Origin: Myxococcota bacterium
GTDB taxonomy: Bacteria; Myxococcota_A; Polyangia; Polyangiales; Sandaracinaceae
Assembly: GCA_036149055.1 (NCBI GenBank)
Contig: JAYZQJ010000265.1
Location: 1 to 21,152 of the forward strand
DNA: 21,152 bases
Direction: 5' to 3'
The translations under genes were made by a program, and so were the position numbers. Positions 1-7,377 of this stretch are shown in pieces (within the stretch, counting starts at the first letter, position 1; each line of letters opens with the position of its first letter). The notes under the pieces are model-generated. The model was not told the DNA's origin. It saw only the letters and a list, made by a program, of their open reading frames with translations, and did no database searches.

Positions 1-192
1 GCGGCAGCGGGGGCGGTGGCGGCTGGGGCGGCGGTGGCGGCTGCGGTGGCGGCTGCGGGCGCGGTAGCGGCAGCGGGCGCGGCGGCGGGGGCGGCAGCGG
101 GGGCGGGGGCCTTAGCGGCAGCGGGGGCGGTAGCGGCAGCGGGCGCGATGGCGGCAGCGGGCGCGGTGGCGGCAGCGGGCGCGGTGGCGGGG
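1..192. repeat. Degenerate hexamer tandem repeat GCGGNN (32 units) with an 18-bp higher-order unit GCGGCA-GCGGGC-GCGGTG; truncated by the window edge
   Basis: Parsing from base 1 gives gcggca gcgggg gcggtg gcggct ... gcggca gcgggc gcggtg gcgggg. Only a few units deviate (ggggcg, gcctta, gcgatg). Confidence 0.9.
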
Positions 193-364
193 TCGCATAC
201 CTATTCCTCTTCGCCTCCTACCTCCCCTCTCCCCTGAAAACCGCGTCGACAACGAGAACGTCGGAACCGAGCCGAGGCTCGGGCTCGGAGTCGGCGTAGA
301 GCGAACTTGGGGATGGGGAAGATCGTCCCCACAGCGCTCCACAGCGCTGGGCGGAAGGTCGGCG

Positions 365-1360
365 CTAGAGCCGGGAGGGGGCGATGTGCCAGGGGGCTTG
401 GTGGCCTCTGGCGGCGTAGCGCTCGTCTTGCCTTCGCCACCACGCCTTCAGGATCTCGTCTTGCAGTCTTCGCGTGCCGGGGATCGGGGGGGTGACGACG
501 AAGGAGAAGGGGCTGGGGCGGACGTAGGCCCAGAGCTCGAGCCGGGACGAGGGGGCTTCGGCGTGGCCGCGGGCGTGGAAGCCGTGGGTGTCGGCGATGA
601 CGAGGGTGTTGGCGGGGACGGTGAAGTCTACGGCGGGGGGGTAGCCGAGCTGGGCGTGGTCGTCTTCGGTCAGGCGGAGCGAGCCGCGGGCCGAGTAGCT
701 GTCGCGGGAGGAGACGGCGTCGAGGCTGCGGGCGCGCTCCCAGCGGAGGCGGGCGAGCGTCGCGCGGTGGGAGCCCGGGACGTAGCGGAGGGGGCCGCCG
801 CCGGGCGGGACGTCCTCGAGGAAGAGCCAGGCTTTGACCGTCGGGTGGAAGGTGTCCGAGTGCAGGTGCTTTTGCGGGTCGGGCGGCGCGCGGCGGGCGC
901 GGTTGAGGATGTGCTGCACGTAGAAGAGCGGCGGCCAGGTGGAGCCGGCGGCGTAGGCGATCAGGCGGCGGAGGCGCGGGTCGCGGGTGACCTCGTCGAG
1001 CGCGGGCCAGCGGCGGCGCGCCGCGGCGTCGAGCAGCACGCGGTGGGTGAGCGTGTCGCCCTGGATGCACTCGCGGACCTCCCCGCGATGGCTCCGCGCC
1101 TCCCGCAGCGCGCGCTCGAAGCACGCCGGCGCGAGGAAGTGCTCGATCCGGACGAAGCCGTCACGGTCGAAGGCGCGGCGATGCGCGGGGTCGACGAAGG
1201 GCGCGAGCTGGGCGCGGCGCGCGGCGACGCAGGCGTGCGCGAGGGCGAAGCGGGCGGCGTGCAGGCCGAGGCGGTTGAGCCGCGCGTCGCCGAGGAAGCG
1301 GTTGTCCCGGAACGACTTCCCCTGCCCGAAGACCTGGGCCAACTCGACCAACGCGCTCAT
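365..1360 (-). CDS. Phytanoyl-CoA dioxygenase (PhyH)-family Fe(II)/2-oxoglutarate dioxygenase, 331 aa
   Basis: C-terminal part of ORF 365..1804 starting MSALVELAQ. Motifs: FDRDGFVRIEHFL, HxD in QKHLHSDTFH, KAWLFLEDV, GPLRYVPGSHR, distal His in DTHGFHARG. The ATG overlaps the upstream stop (ATGA, 1357-1360). Confidence 0.85.
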   Translation of the reverse strand: MSALVELAQVFGQGKSFRDNRFLGDARLNRLGLHAARFALAHACVAARRAQLAPFVDPAHRRAFDRDGFVRIEHFLAPACFERALREARSHRGEVRECIQGDTLTHRVLLDAAARRRWPALDEVTRDPRLRRLIAYAAGSTWPPLFYVQHILNRARRAPPDPQKHLHSDTFHPTVKAWLFLEDVPPGGGPLRYVPGSHRATLARLRWERARSLDAVSSRDSYSARGSLRLTEDDHAQLGYPPAVDFTVPANTLVIADTHGFHARGHAEAPSSRLELWAYVRPSPFSFVVTPPIPGTRRLQDEILKAWWRRQDERYAARGHQAPWHIAPSRL

Positions 1361-2016
1361 GACACGATCAACACGCCGCAGGGGAAGCGCGTCGCGACGC
1401 TGCGCTCCGCGAGCCGGTCGGCGAGCGCGCTCCCGGCCGGGACGATGAGGAGGCCGCCGGGGCGCTCGGCCACCGCGCGGCGCAAGGTCCGGGCCCTCGA
1501 GTCGGCGAGCGCGCGGCCGCGCTCCCGGGACACGCCCGGCGCGAGCCAGACCTCGACGTCGGCTTCCCCCTCCGCGAGCGCCTCCGCGACCTCGACCGCG
1601 CGGTCGGCGAGCGGGGTGCCGTCGTGCAGCACCCGCACCGGCGCGCGCCGCGCGCCCGGCGGGGACCAGCCGCCCCACCCGACGAGCGCCGCGTCTCCTT
1701 CGCCCAGCGCTCGGAGCACCCGCGCGGGCGGGCCGCGCTCGACGCGGAACCGGGACAGCTCGCGCTCGACGACCTCGCGGGCCCGGGCCGCGATCGCGCG
1801 CCACTCGCGCTCGACGTCCTCCGGGTCGAGCTCCGCCTCGGTGGACACGCCGAAGCGCCGCGCGAAGGGCTGGCCGGCGAGCCGGAGGAGCGCCTCGTCC
1901 TCGACCAGCACGCCCTCGAGCTGCGCCTCGAAGCGGCCGGCCACCCGCGCCGCCTCGCGCACCGCCCGGGCCGCGCGATGCGACGAGTCGACGACGACGA
2001 CGACCCGGCGGATCAC
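1357..2016 (-). CDS. Universal stress protein (USP)-like protein, 219 aa
   Basis: C-terminal part of ORF 1357..3282 from GTG at 2016. IRRVVVVVDSSHRAARAVREAARVA is a USP-like start, there is a second VRVLHDGTPLADRAVEVA unit, and the end FPCGVLIVS resembles the USP 'cPVLvv' terminus. GTGA overlap with the Lon stop. Confidence 0.75.
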   Translation of the reverse strand: MIRRVVVVVDSSHRAARAVREAARVAGRFEAQLEGVLVEDEALLRLAGQPFARRFGVSTEAELDPEDVEREWRAIAARAREVVERELSRFRVERGPPARVLRALGEGDAALVGWGGWSPPGARRAPVRVLHDGTPLADRAVEVAEALAEGEADVEVWLAPGVSRERGRALADSRARTLRRAVAERPGGLLIVPAGSALADRLAERSVATRFPCGVLIVS

Positions 2017-4409
2017 GCGCCGTCTCCCGGCCGCGAGAGGAACGCGCGGGCGCTCTCGGCGAACTGGCGGAGCCTGCCCGCGACCCGGTAGTGGATCGTG
2101 CCGCGCGAGTAGAGCCCGTCCTCGTCTCGCGATCCCGCCGGCTCGCCGGTCAGCAGCTCGAGCGCCTCGTCGACGTGGGCGACCGCGTAGATCGAGAAGC
2201 TCCCCTCCTCCACCGCCGCGGCCACGTCCTCGCGCAGCATGAGGTGCTGCACGTTGGCCGCCGGGAGGATCACCCCCTGGCCGCCGTCGAGCCCGCGCTC
2301 GCGGCAGACGTCGAAGAAGCCCTCGACCTTCTCGTTGGCGCCGCCGATCGCCTGCACCTGCCCCATCTGGTTCACCGAGCCCGTGATCGCGAAGCGCTGC
2401 GCGATCGGCGCGTCGGCGAGCGCGCTGATCAGGGCGCAGAGCTCCGCGAGCGAGGCGCTGTCGCCGTCGACGCCGCCGTAGCTCTGCTCGAACACGAGGC
2501 TCGCGCTCAGGCTCAGCGGGTGCTCCATGCCGTAGTGCGCGCCGAGGAAGCTCGAGAGGATCATCACCCCCTTCGAGTGGATCGGCCCGCCGAGCTGCAC
2601 CTCGCGCTCGATGTCCACCACCTCGCCCTTGCCGATCCGGACCCGGCAGGTGATGCGGTTCGGGCGGCCGAAGCGGCTGTGCCCGAGGGTCATCACGCTG
2701 AGGCCGTTGATCTGGCCCACCACCTCGCCGCTCGTCGTCAGGAGCACCGTGCCGTCCGAGAACGACTCCAGGCCGCGCTCGCGGATCCGGCCCTCGCGCT
2801 GCCGCTGCGCCTCGATCGCGGAGCGGACGTCCTCGGCGCCGGCGAGCTCCGCGCCCCGCTCCCGCGCGTGCCAGTCGGCCTCGCGCATCACGTCGCAGAT
2901 CCGCGTCAGGTTCGTCGTCAGCTTCTCGTGATGGTCCGCGAGCCGGGCCGCGTGCTCGATCAGCCGCGCCACCGCGCCGCGATCGAAGGGCATCAGCTCC
3001 TCGCCCTTCGCCACGCCCGCGACCAGCCGGGCGAAGTCCTCGACGTGGGCCGCGTCCCAGGGCACCTCGTCCTCGAAGTCGGCCGCGACCTTGAAGAGCT
3101 GGTCGAAGTCCGGGTCGAGCGCGCTGAGCGCGTAGTAGAGCTGCCGGTCGCCCACGAGCACGATCTTCGCCGAGAGCGGGATGGGGTCGGGCTCGAGCGA
3201 GCCGGTGCTCATGCCGAGCGTCTTGCCGAGCGACTCGATCTCGATCTCGCCGTGCCGGAGCGCGCGCTTGAGGCTGTCCCACGCCGACGGCTGCGCGAGC
3301 AGGCGCCGCGCGTCGAGGATGAGGGCGCCGCCGTTGGCGCGGTGGAGCGCGCCGGCCTTGATGAGGGTGAAGTCGCTGACGAGCGCGCCGAGCTGCGCGC
3401 GCTGCTCGATGCGGCCGACGAGGCGCTCGAGCGTCGGATGATCCTCGAAGACCACCGGCGCGCCCTCCTGCTCGCGTCGGTCGACGAGCAGGTTCACCCG
3501 GTAGCGACGCAGCGGGCCGTTCTGACCGACGAGCGCCTTCTTCACCGCCTCCTCGCCGGTGTCCTCGTGCACCAGCGCGGGCGCGTGCTCGACGATGTCG
3601 GCCTCCACCTCGTCGAGCCAGGCGGTCACCTCCTCGAGATCGGAGAACGCCTCGCGCACCTCCTCGAGCTGATGACGGATGGCGTAGCTGGCCAGCTCTC
3701 GCTCGAGCTCGCGGAGCGCCTCGCGCGCCTCTCGCTGCCAGCGCGGCGCCTGCCGCATCAGGTCGCGGAGCGCCTCCTCCATCTCGGTGAGGGCGTCCTT
3801 GACCTCCGTCTGCTCCGCCTCGGGGAGCTGCCCGAAGGTCTTCGGCTCGAGCACCTCACCGTCCTTCACCGGCGCGAAGGCGAGGCCGCCCGGCGTGCGC
3901 AGGAGACGCAGCCCGCGCTCGTCCGCCCGGTCGGCCAGCTCGCCGAACGCCTCCTCGTGCTGGGCCTCGATGCGCTGCTCGATGACGCGTCGTCGGTTCT
4001 GGAACTCCTCGGTCTCGAAGGCGGCGCGCACCACGTCGGCGAGGTCCTCGACCAGCGCCTCCATCGCCTCCTCGAGCGCGCGCCCGCGCCCGGGCGGGAC
4101 GGCGAGCGCCTTCGGTCGGTCCGCGTCGCCGAAGCGGTGCACGTAGACCCAGTCGGACGGGACGTCGCCGCGCTCGGCCTGCGCCTCGATCACCTCGCGC
4201 ACGAGGCGGTGCTTGCCCATGCCGGGCGGCCCCAGCACGTAGAGGTTGAAGCCCTTGCGCGGCATGCTCGCGCCGAAGCGCATCGCCCGCTCCGCCCGCT
4301 CCTGCCCCAGCAGCCCCTCGAGCGGCTCGAGCTCGGCCGTGCTGTCGAAGCCGAGCGCTTCGGGGTCCATGCGACGGCGAACGCGGGCGGCCGGGAGCGG
4401 GTCGGTCAT
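2013..4409 (-). CDS. Lon-like (LonC-type) AAA+ protease, peptidase S16, 798 aa
   Basis: LLGQERA; Walker A-like GPPGMGKH; long coiled-coil insert; AGALHRANGGALILDA; catalytic Ser in DGDSASLAE and Lys in QAIGGANEKVEGF. Confidence 0.92.
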   Translation of the reverse strand: MTDPLPAARVRRRMDPEALGFDSTAELEPLEGLLGQERAERAMRFGASMPRKGFNLYVLGPPGMGKHRLVREVIEAQAERGDVPSDWVYVHRFGDADRPKALAVPPGRGRALEEAMEALVEDLADVVRAAFETEEFQNRRRVIEQRIEAQHEEAFGELADRADERGLRLLRTPGGLAFAPVKDGEVLEPKTFGQLPEAEQTEVKDALTEMEEALRDLMRQAPRWQREAREALRELERELASYAIRHQLEEVREAFSDLEEVTAWLDEVEADIVEHAPALVHEDTGEEAVKKALVGQNGPLRRYRVNLLVDRREQEGAPVVFEDHPTLERLVGRIEQRAQLGALVSDFTLIKAGALHRANGGALILDARRLLAQPSAWDSLKRALRHGEIEIESLGKTLGMSTGSLEPDPIPLSAKIVLVGDRQLYYALSALDPDFDQLFKVAADFEDEVPWDAAHVEDFARLVAGVAKGEELMPFDRGAVARLIEHAARLADHHEKLTTNLTRICDVMREADWHARERGAELAGAEDVRSAIEAQRQREGRIRERGLESFSDGTVLLTTSGEVVGQINGLSVMTLGHSRFGRPNRITCRVRIGKGEVVDIEREVQLGGPIHSKGVMILSSFLGAHYGMEHPLSLSASLVFEQSYGGVDGDSASLAELCALISALADAPIAQRFAITGSVNQMGQVQAIGGANEKVEGFFDVCRERGLDGGQGVILPAANVQHLMLREDVAAAVEEGSFSIYAVAHVDEALELLTGEPAGSRDEDGLYSRGTIHYRVAGRLRQFAESARAFLSRPGDGA

Positions 4410-4442
4410 CAGGGGCGACGCTATTCGCGGGGGCGGCGGCGA

Positions 4443-4709
4443 TCAACGGTCGGAGTGGCCGAGCGCCCGGCCCGGATCGACGCGATCGCGGATCGCCTGC
4501 TTCAGCTCCTTCGGCTCCGGGAAGCGCCCCTCGACCGCGCGGTCGAAGATCACGTCCCCATCCAAGGTCACACGCATTTCTCCGGCCTCGCCTGGCCGAA
4601 GTGTCACGCTGAGCCCACGATCGAAGGTGAAGAGCAGCTCTTCCGCGAGCCAAGCCGCGCGGGGGAGCCAGCGGCACTTGGGACAGTAGGTGATCTCGAC
4701 GCGCGCCAT
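4443..4709 (-). CDS. Rdx (SelT/SelW/SelH)-family thioredoxin-like protein, 88 aa
   Basis: VEITYCPKCRWLPRAAWLAEELLFTF ... GRFPEPKELKQAIRDRVDPGRALGHSD matches the bacterial SelW-like pattern with CxxC. Confidence 0.92.
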   Translation of the reverse strand: MARVEITYCPKCRWLPRAAWLAEELLFTFDRGLSVTLRPGEAGEMRVTLDGDVIFDRAVEGRFPEPKELKQAIRDRVDPGRALGHSDR

Positions 4710-4768
4710 GGCCCGAGTATGAACGGTCCGCTTGCGCGGCGAACGCCGGCGGCTTTGTAGGGAGCGCG

Positions 4769-6100
4769 ATGACGAGACCCCACGTGGTGATCCTGGGCGG
4801 TGGATTCGGCGGCCTCGCGGCCGCGCGGACCCTGCGGCGTGCGCCGGTGGAGGTGACGCTGGTGGACCAGAGCAACCACCACCTCTTCCAGCCGCTCCTC
4901 TATCAGGTGGCGACCAGCGCGCTCACCGCGCCCGACATCGCGGCCCCGCTCCGCAAGCTGCTCGCGAAGCAGGACAACGCGAAGATCCTGATGGCGAAGG
5001 CGATGTCGGTGAAGCCGGACGCCCGGACCGTCGAGCTCGACAAGGGCGAGCTCCGCTACGACTACCTGATCGTCGCGACCGGCATGGTGAACAACTACTT
5101 CGGCCACCCGGAGTGGGAGGAGCACGCGCCCGGCCTCAAGTCGCTGCGCGACGCGCTCGACATCCGCTCCCGGGTGCTGCGGGCCTACGAGGCCGCCGAG
5201 CGCGAGACCGATCCGGAGCGCCTGAAGGAGCTGCTCACCTTCGTGATCATCGGCGCCGGCCCGACCGGAGTGGAGATGGCGGGCGCGCTGAGCGAGATCG
5301 CCAAGCGCACGCTCGCCCGGGACTTCAAGTCGTTCGACCCGATGAAGGACGTGCGGGTCGTGCTGCTCGAGGGCACCGACCGGGTGCTCCCGGCGATGCA
5401 CGCCGAGTCGTCGAAGGACGCGCTCGCGTCGCTCCGCGAGCTCGACGTGGAGGTGCACCTCGAGACGTTCGCCGAGAAGGTCGACGCCCACGGCGTGGAG
5501 ACCGCCGACGGCAAGCGCTTCCCCGCCTCGACCGTGATCTGGGCCGCCGGCCTGAAGGCGAGCCCGATCACCGCCGGGCTCGGCGCGGAGCTCGACAAGG
5601 CGGGCCGGGTGAAGGTGGAGCCCGATCTGACCGTGCCCGGGCGCTCCGAGATCTTCGTGCTCGGCGATCTCATCTCGCTGGAGCAGGACGGCGAGCCGCT
5701 CCCCGGGGTCGCGCAGACCGCGCTCCAGAGCGGGAGCTTCGCGGCCGAGCAGATCCGCGCCGACGTCGAGGACGAGCCGCGCGAGCCTCGCTTCGTCTAC
5801 CGGGACAAGGGCTCGATGGCGACCATCGGTCGGGCGCGCGCGGTGGCCGAGGTCGGCGAGACCCGCATCAGCGGCTTCGTCGCGTGGATGCTCTGGCTCT
5901 TCATCCACATCCTCTTCCTCGTCGACTTCCGCAACCGCGTCGCCGTCGTCATGGAGTGGATGTACGCCTACGTCACCTGGCGCCGGAGCGCGCGCGTGAT
6001 CCTCGAGGCGCCGCCCCGCAAGCGCCCCGCCCTCGAGCGCAAGGCCATCCTCCGCGAGGAGCTGAAGCGCGAGAGCGACTACCCGATGGCCGCGGACTGA
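4769..6100 (+). CDS. ndh: Type II NADH:quinone oxidoreductase (NDH-2), 443 aa
   Basis: VVILGGGFGGL (FAD), HLFQPLLYQVAT, IIGAGPTGVEMAG (NADH), AQTALQ quinone motif, YRDKGSMATIGR, C-terminal amphipathic/hydrophobic segment. GGAG lies upstream of the ATG. Confidence 0.93.
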   Translation: MTRPHVVILGGGFGGLAAARTLRRAPVEVTLVDQSNHHLFQPLLYQVATSALTAPDIAAPLRKLLAKQDNAKILMAKAMSVKPDARTVELDKGELRYDYLIVATGMVNNYFGHPEWEEHAPGLKSLRDALDIRSRVLRAYEAAERETDPERLKELLTFVIIGAGPTGVEMAGALSEIAKRTLARDFKSFDPMKDVRVVLLEGTDRVLPAMHAESSKDALASLRELDVEVHLETFAEKVDAHGVETADGKRFPASTVIWAAGLKASPITAGLGAELDKAGRVKVEPDLTVPGRSEIFVLGDLISLEQDGEPLPGVAQTALQSGSFAAEQIRADVEDEPREPRFVYRDKGSMATIGRARAVAEVGETRISGFVAWMLWLFIHILFLVDFRNRVAVVMEWMYAYVTWRRSARVILEAPPRKRPALERKAILREELKRESDYPMAAD

Positions 6101-6574
6101 TCAGCGGTCGAGGAGCTTCGGGGGGAGCAGCGCCCGCAGCTGCATGCGGCCCGGGCGCGGGGTGCCGCGGAGATGCGCGACGCCGCCCTTCTTCATCCGG
6201 AAGCGCGCGTCGCCGTCAGACGGCTCGCCGACCACCATCCACGCCACCAGCTCGCTCAGCCACGGCTCGTGTCCGACCACCGCGACCGTCTCGCCGGTCA
6301 GCGAGATGGCCTCGAGCAGCGCGCGCGAGGGCGGCGCCGCGAGGGCCGGGCTGGGCTCCACCGCCCGGGTGAGCTCGGTCATCAGCTCGGCGGTCTGGGC
6401 GGCCCGCCGCCAGGGGCTGTGGAGCAGGCGATCGAAGCGCACGTCGAGGTCGGCGAGCGTCTGCACGCACCGCGCGAAGCGCTTGCGGCCGGGCTTGGTG
6501 AGCGCGCGCTCCGCGTCCACGAGGTCCGGTCGTCGCTCCTCCGCGATGGCGTGTCGCACGACGTAGAGGTCCAT
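6101..6574 (-). CDS. sixA: SixA-type histidine phosphatase family protein, 157 aa
   Basis: C-terminal part of ORF 6101..7243: MDLYVVRHAIAEE (RH motif), D-x-x-R-x-LT, SPWRRAAQTA, VVGHEPWLSEL, MKKGGVA. Confidence 0.85.
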   Translation of the reverse strand: MDLYVVRHAIAEERRPDLVDAERALTKPGRKRFARCVQTLADLDVRFDRLLHSPWRRAAQTAELMTELTRAVEPSPALAAPPSRALLEAISLTGETVAVVGHEPWLSELVAWMVVGEPSDGDARFRMKKGGVAHLRGTPRPGRMQLRALLPPKLLDR

Positions 6575-6615
6575 CGCCCGGAGGCTCGCTCGCACCCGGC
6601 GATCGGTCAACCGGG

Positions 6616-7230
6616 TCAGCAGCGGGTGCGGCCGGGCTCGACCTGCGCGCGCACGCACTCGGGCACCCGCAGGATCCAGTCGCGGAGCAGCGGCTCGATC
6701 ACGCCGGTGAGCAGGCCCGCGCCGACGTCGGCGCGGATGCCCCAGGTCACGATCGACTCCCGCCCGCCCGCGGATCGCGAGACGGTCAGGAAGCCGCGGC
6801 CCGAGCGCACGTCCCGCGGGCGGCTCCGGTCGAGCTCGAAGCTCACCGTGCGCCGCTCCCGGTCCGCCGTGACCCACGCGTGGTAGGAGGCGCCGATCAT
6901 CCCGTACCGGTGGCGGATGAAGACGAGCCGCCGGGCCCCCCGCCGCTGCAGCTCGCGCGCCTCGACGACGCCGGGGAGGATGCGCGGGAAGCGGCGCACG
7001 TCGGTCACCACCGCCCACACCTCGCGCTCGGACGCGCGGACCCGCAGCCAGCTCGTGCCGCCGAGGGCCCGGCGCCCCGGCGAGGCCCAGGTCTGCGGTC
7101 GCCGGACCAGCTCCCCGGCCGCGAGCCGGCGACGCTCGCGAGGCGTCAGGGTCTCCTGCGCCGCGGCCACCGTCACCCCGAGCGCGAGGACCGCGCCGAG
7201 GCTCGCCGTGACCGTCGCTGACCGCCGCAT
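6616..7230 (-). CDS. Exported SRPBCC/START-like (polyketide cyclase/lipid-binding fold) protein, 204 aa
   Basis: Signal peptide-like N-terminus ending AAAQ. VRASEREVWAVVTDVRRFPRILPGV is a typical SRPBCC opening. Confidence 0.7.
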   Translation of the reverse strand: MRRSATVTASLGAVLALGVTVAAAQETLTPRERRRLAAGELVRRPQTWASPGRRALGGTSWLRVRASEREVWAVVTDVRRFPRILPGVVEARELQRRGARRLVFIRHRYGMIGASYHAWVTADRERRTVSFELDRSRPRDVRSGRGFLTVSRSAGGRESIVTWGIRADVGAGLLTGVIEPLLRDWILRVPECVRAQVEPGRTRC

Positions 7231-7280
7231 GCGCGGAGATCATACCCCCACGCCCGATTTTTTCTCGCGCGGCGCGCGGA

Positions 7281-7330
7281 GATTTCCGCGTGATTTCCGG
7301 GAGGTGTCGTGGGTTGACTCACGCCTGAGT
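7281..7330. promoter_or_regulatory. Candidate operator: direct repeat GATTTCCG (7281, 7292; 11-bp period) and palindrome ACTCA-cgcc-TGAGT (7317-7330) in a divergent intergenic region
   Basis: Repeats read directly from the relatively AT-rich gap between the SRPBCC and porin genes. Function is inferred. Confidence 0.35.
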
Positions 7331-7377
7331 GACGGAGCCCTTCTACGGCGTGACTTTTTCGCTACCCTCCTGTCGCC

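Noticed and set aside
1..192. CRISPR array or RiPP-like repeat peptide (MRPRHRARCRHRARC..., minus strand from 198)
   Set aside because: No repeat-spacer structure or cas genes. The peptide is just one reading of the hexamer tract, stops at 112, and has no adjacent maturation genes in view.
329..348. DnaA-box-like CCACA repeats suggesting an origin
   Set aside because: Poor match to TTATCCACA, only two copies, no AT-rich unwinding element or replication genes.
4443..4709. Possible selenoprotein (SelW family)
   Set aside because: The motif is CPKC encoded by TGT and TGC, with no in-frame TGA.
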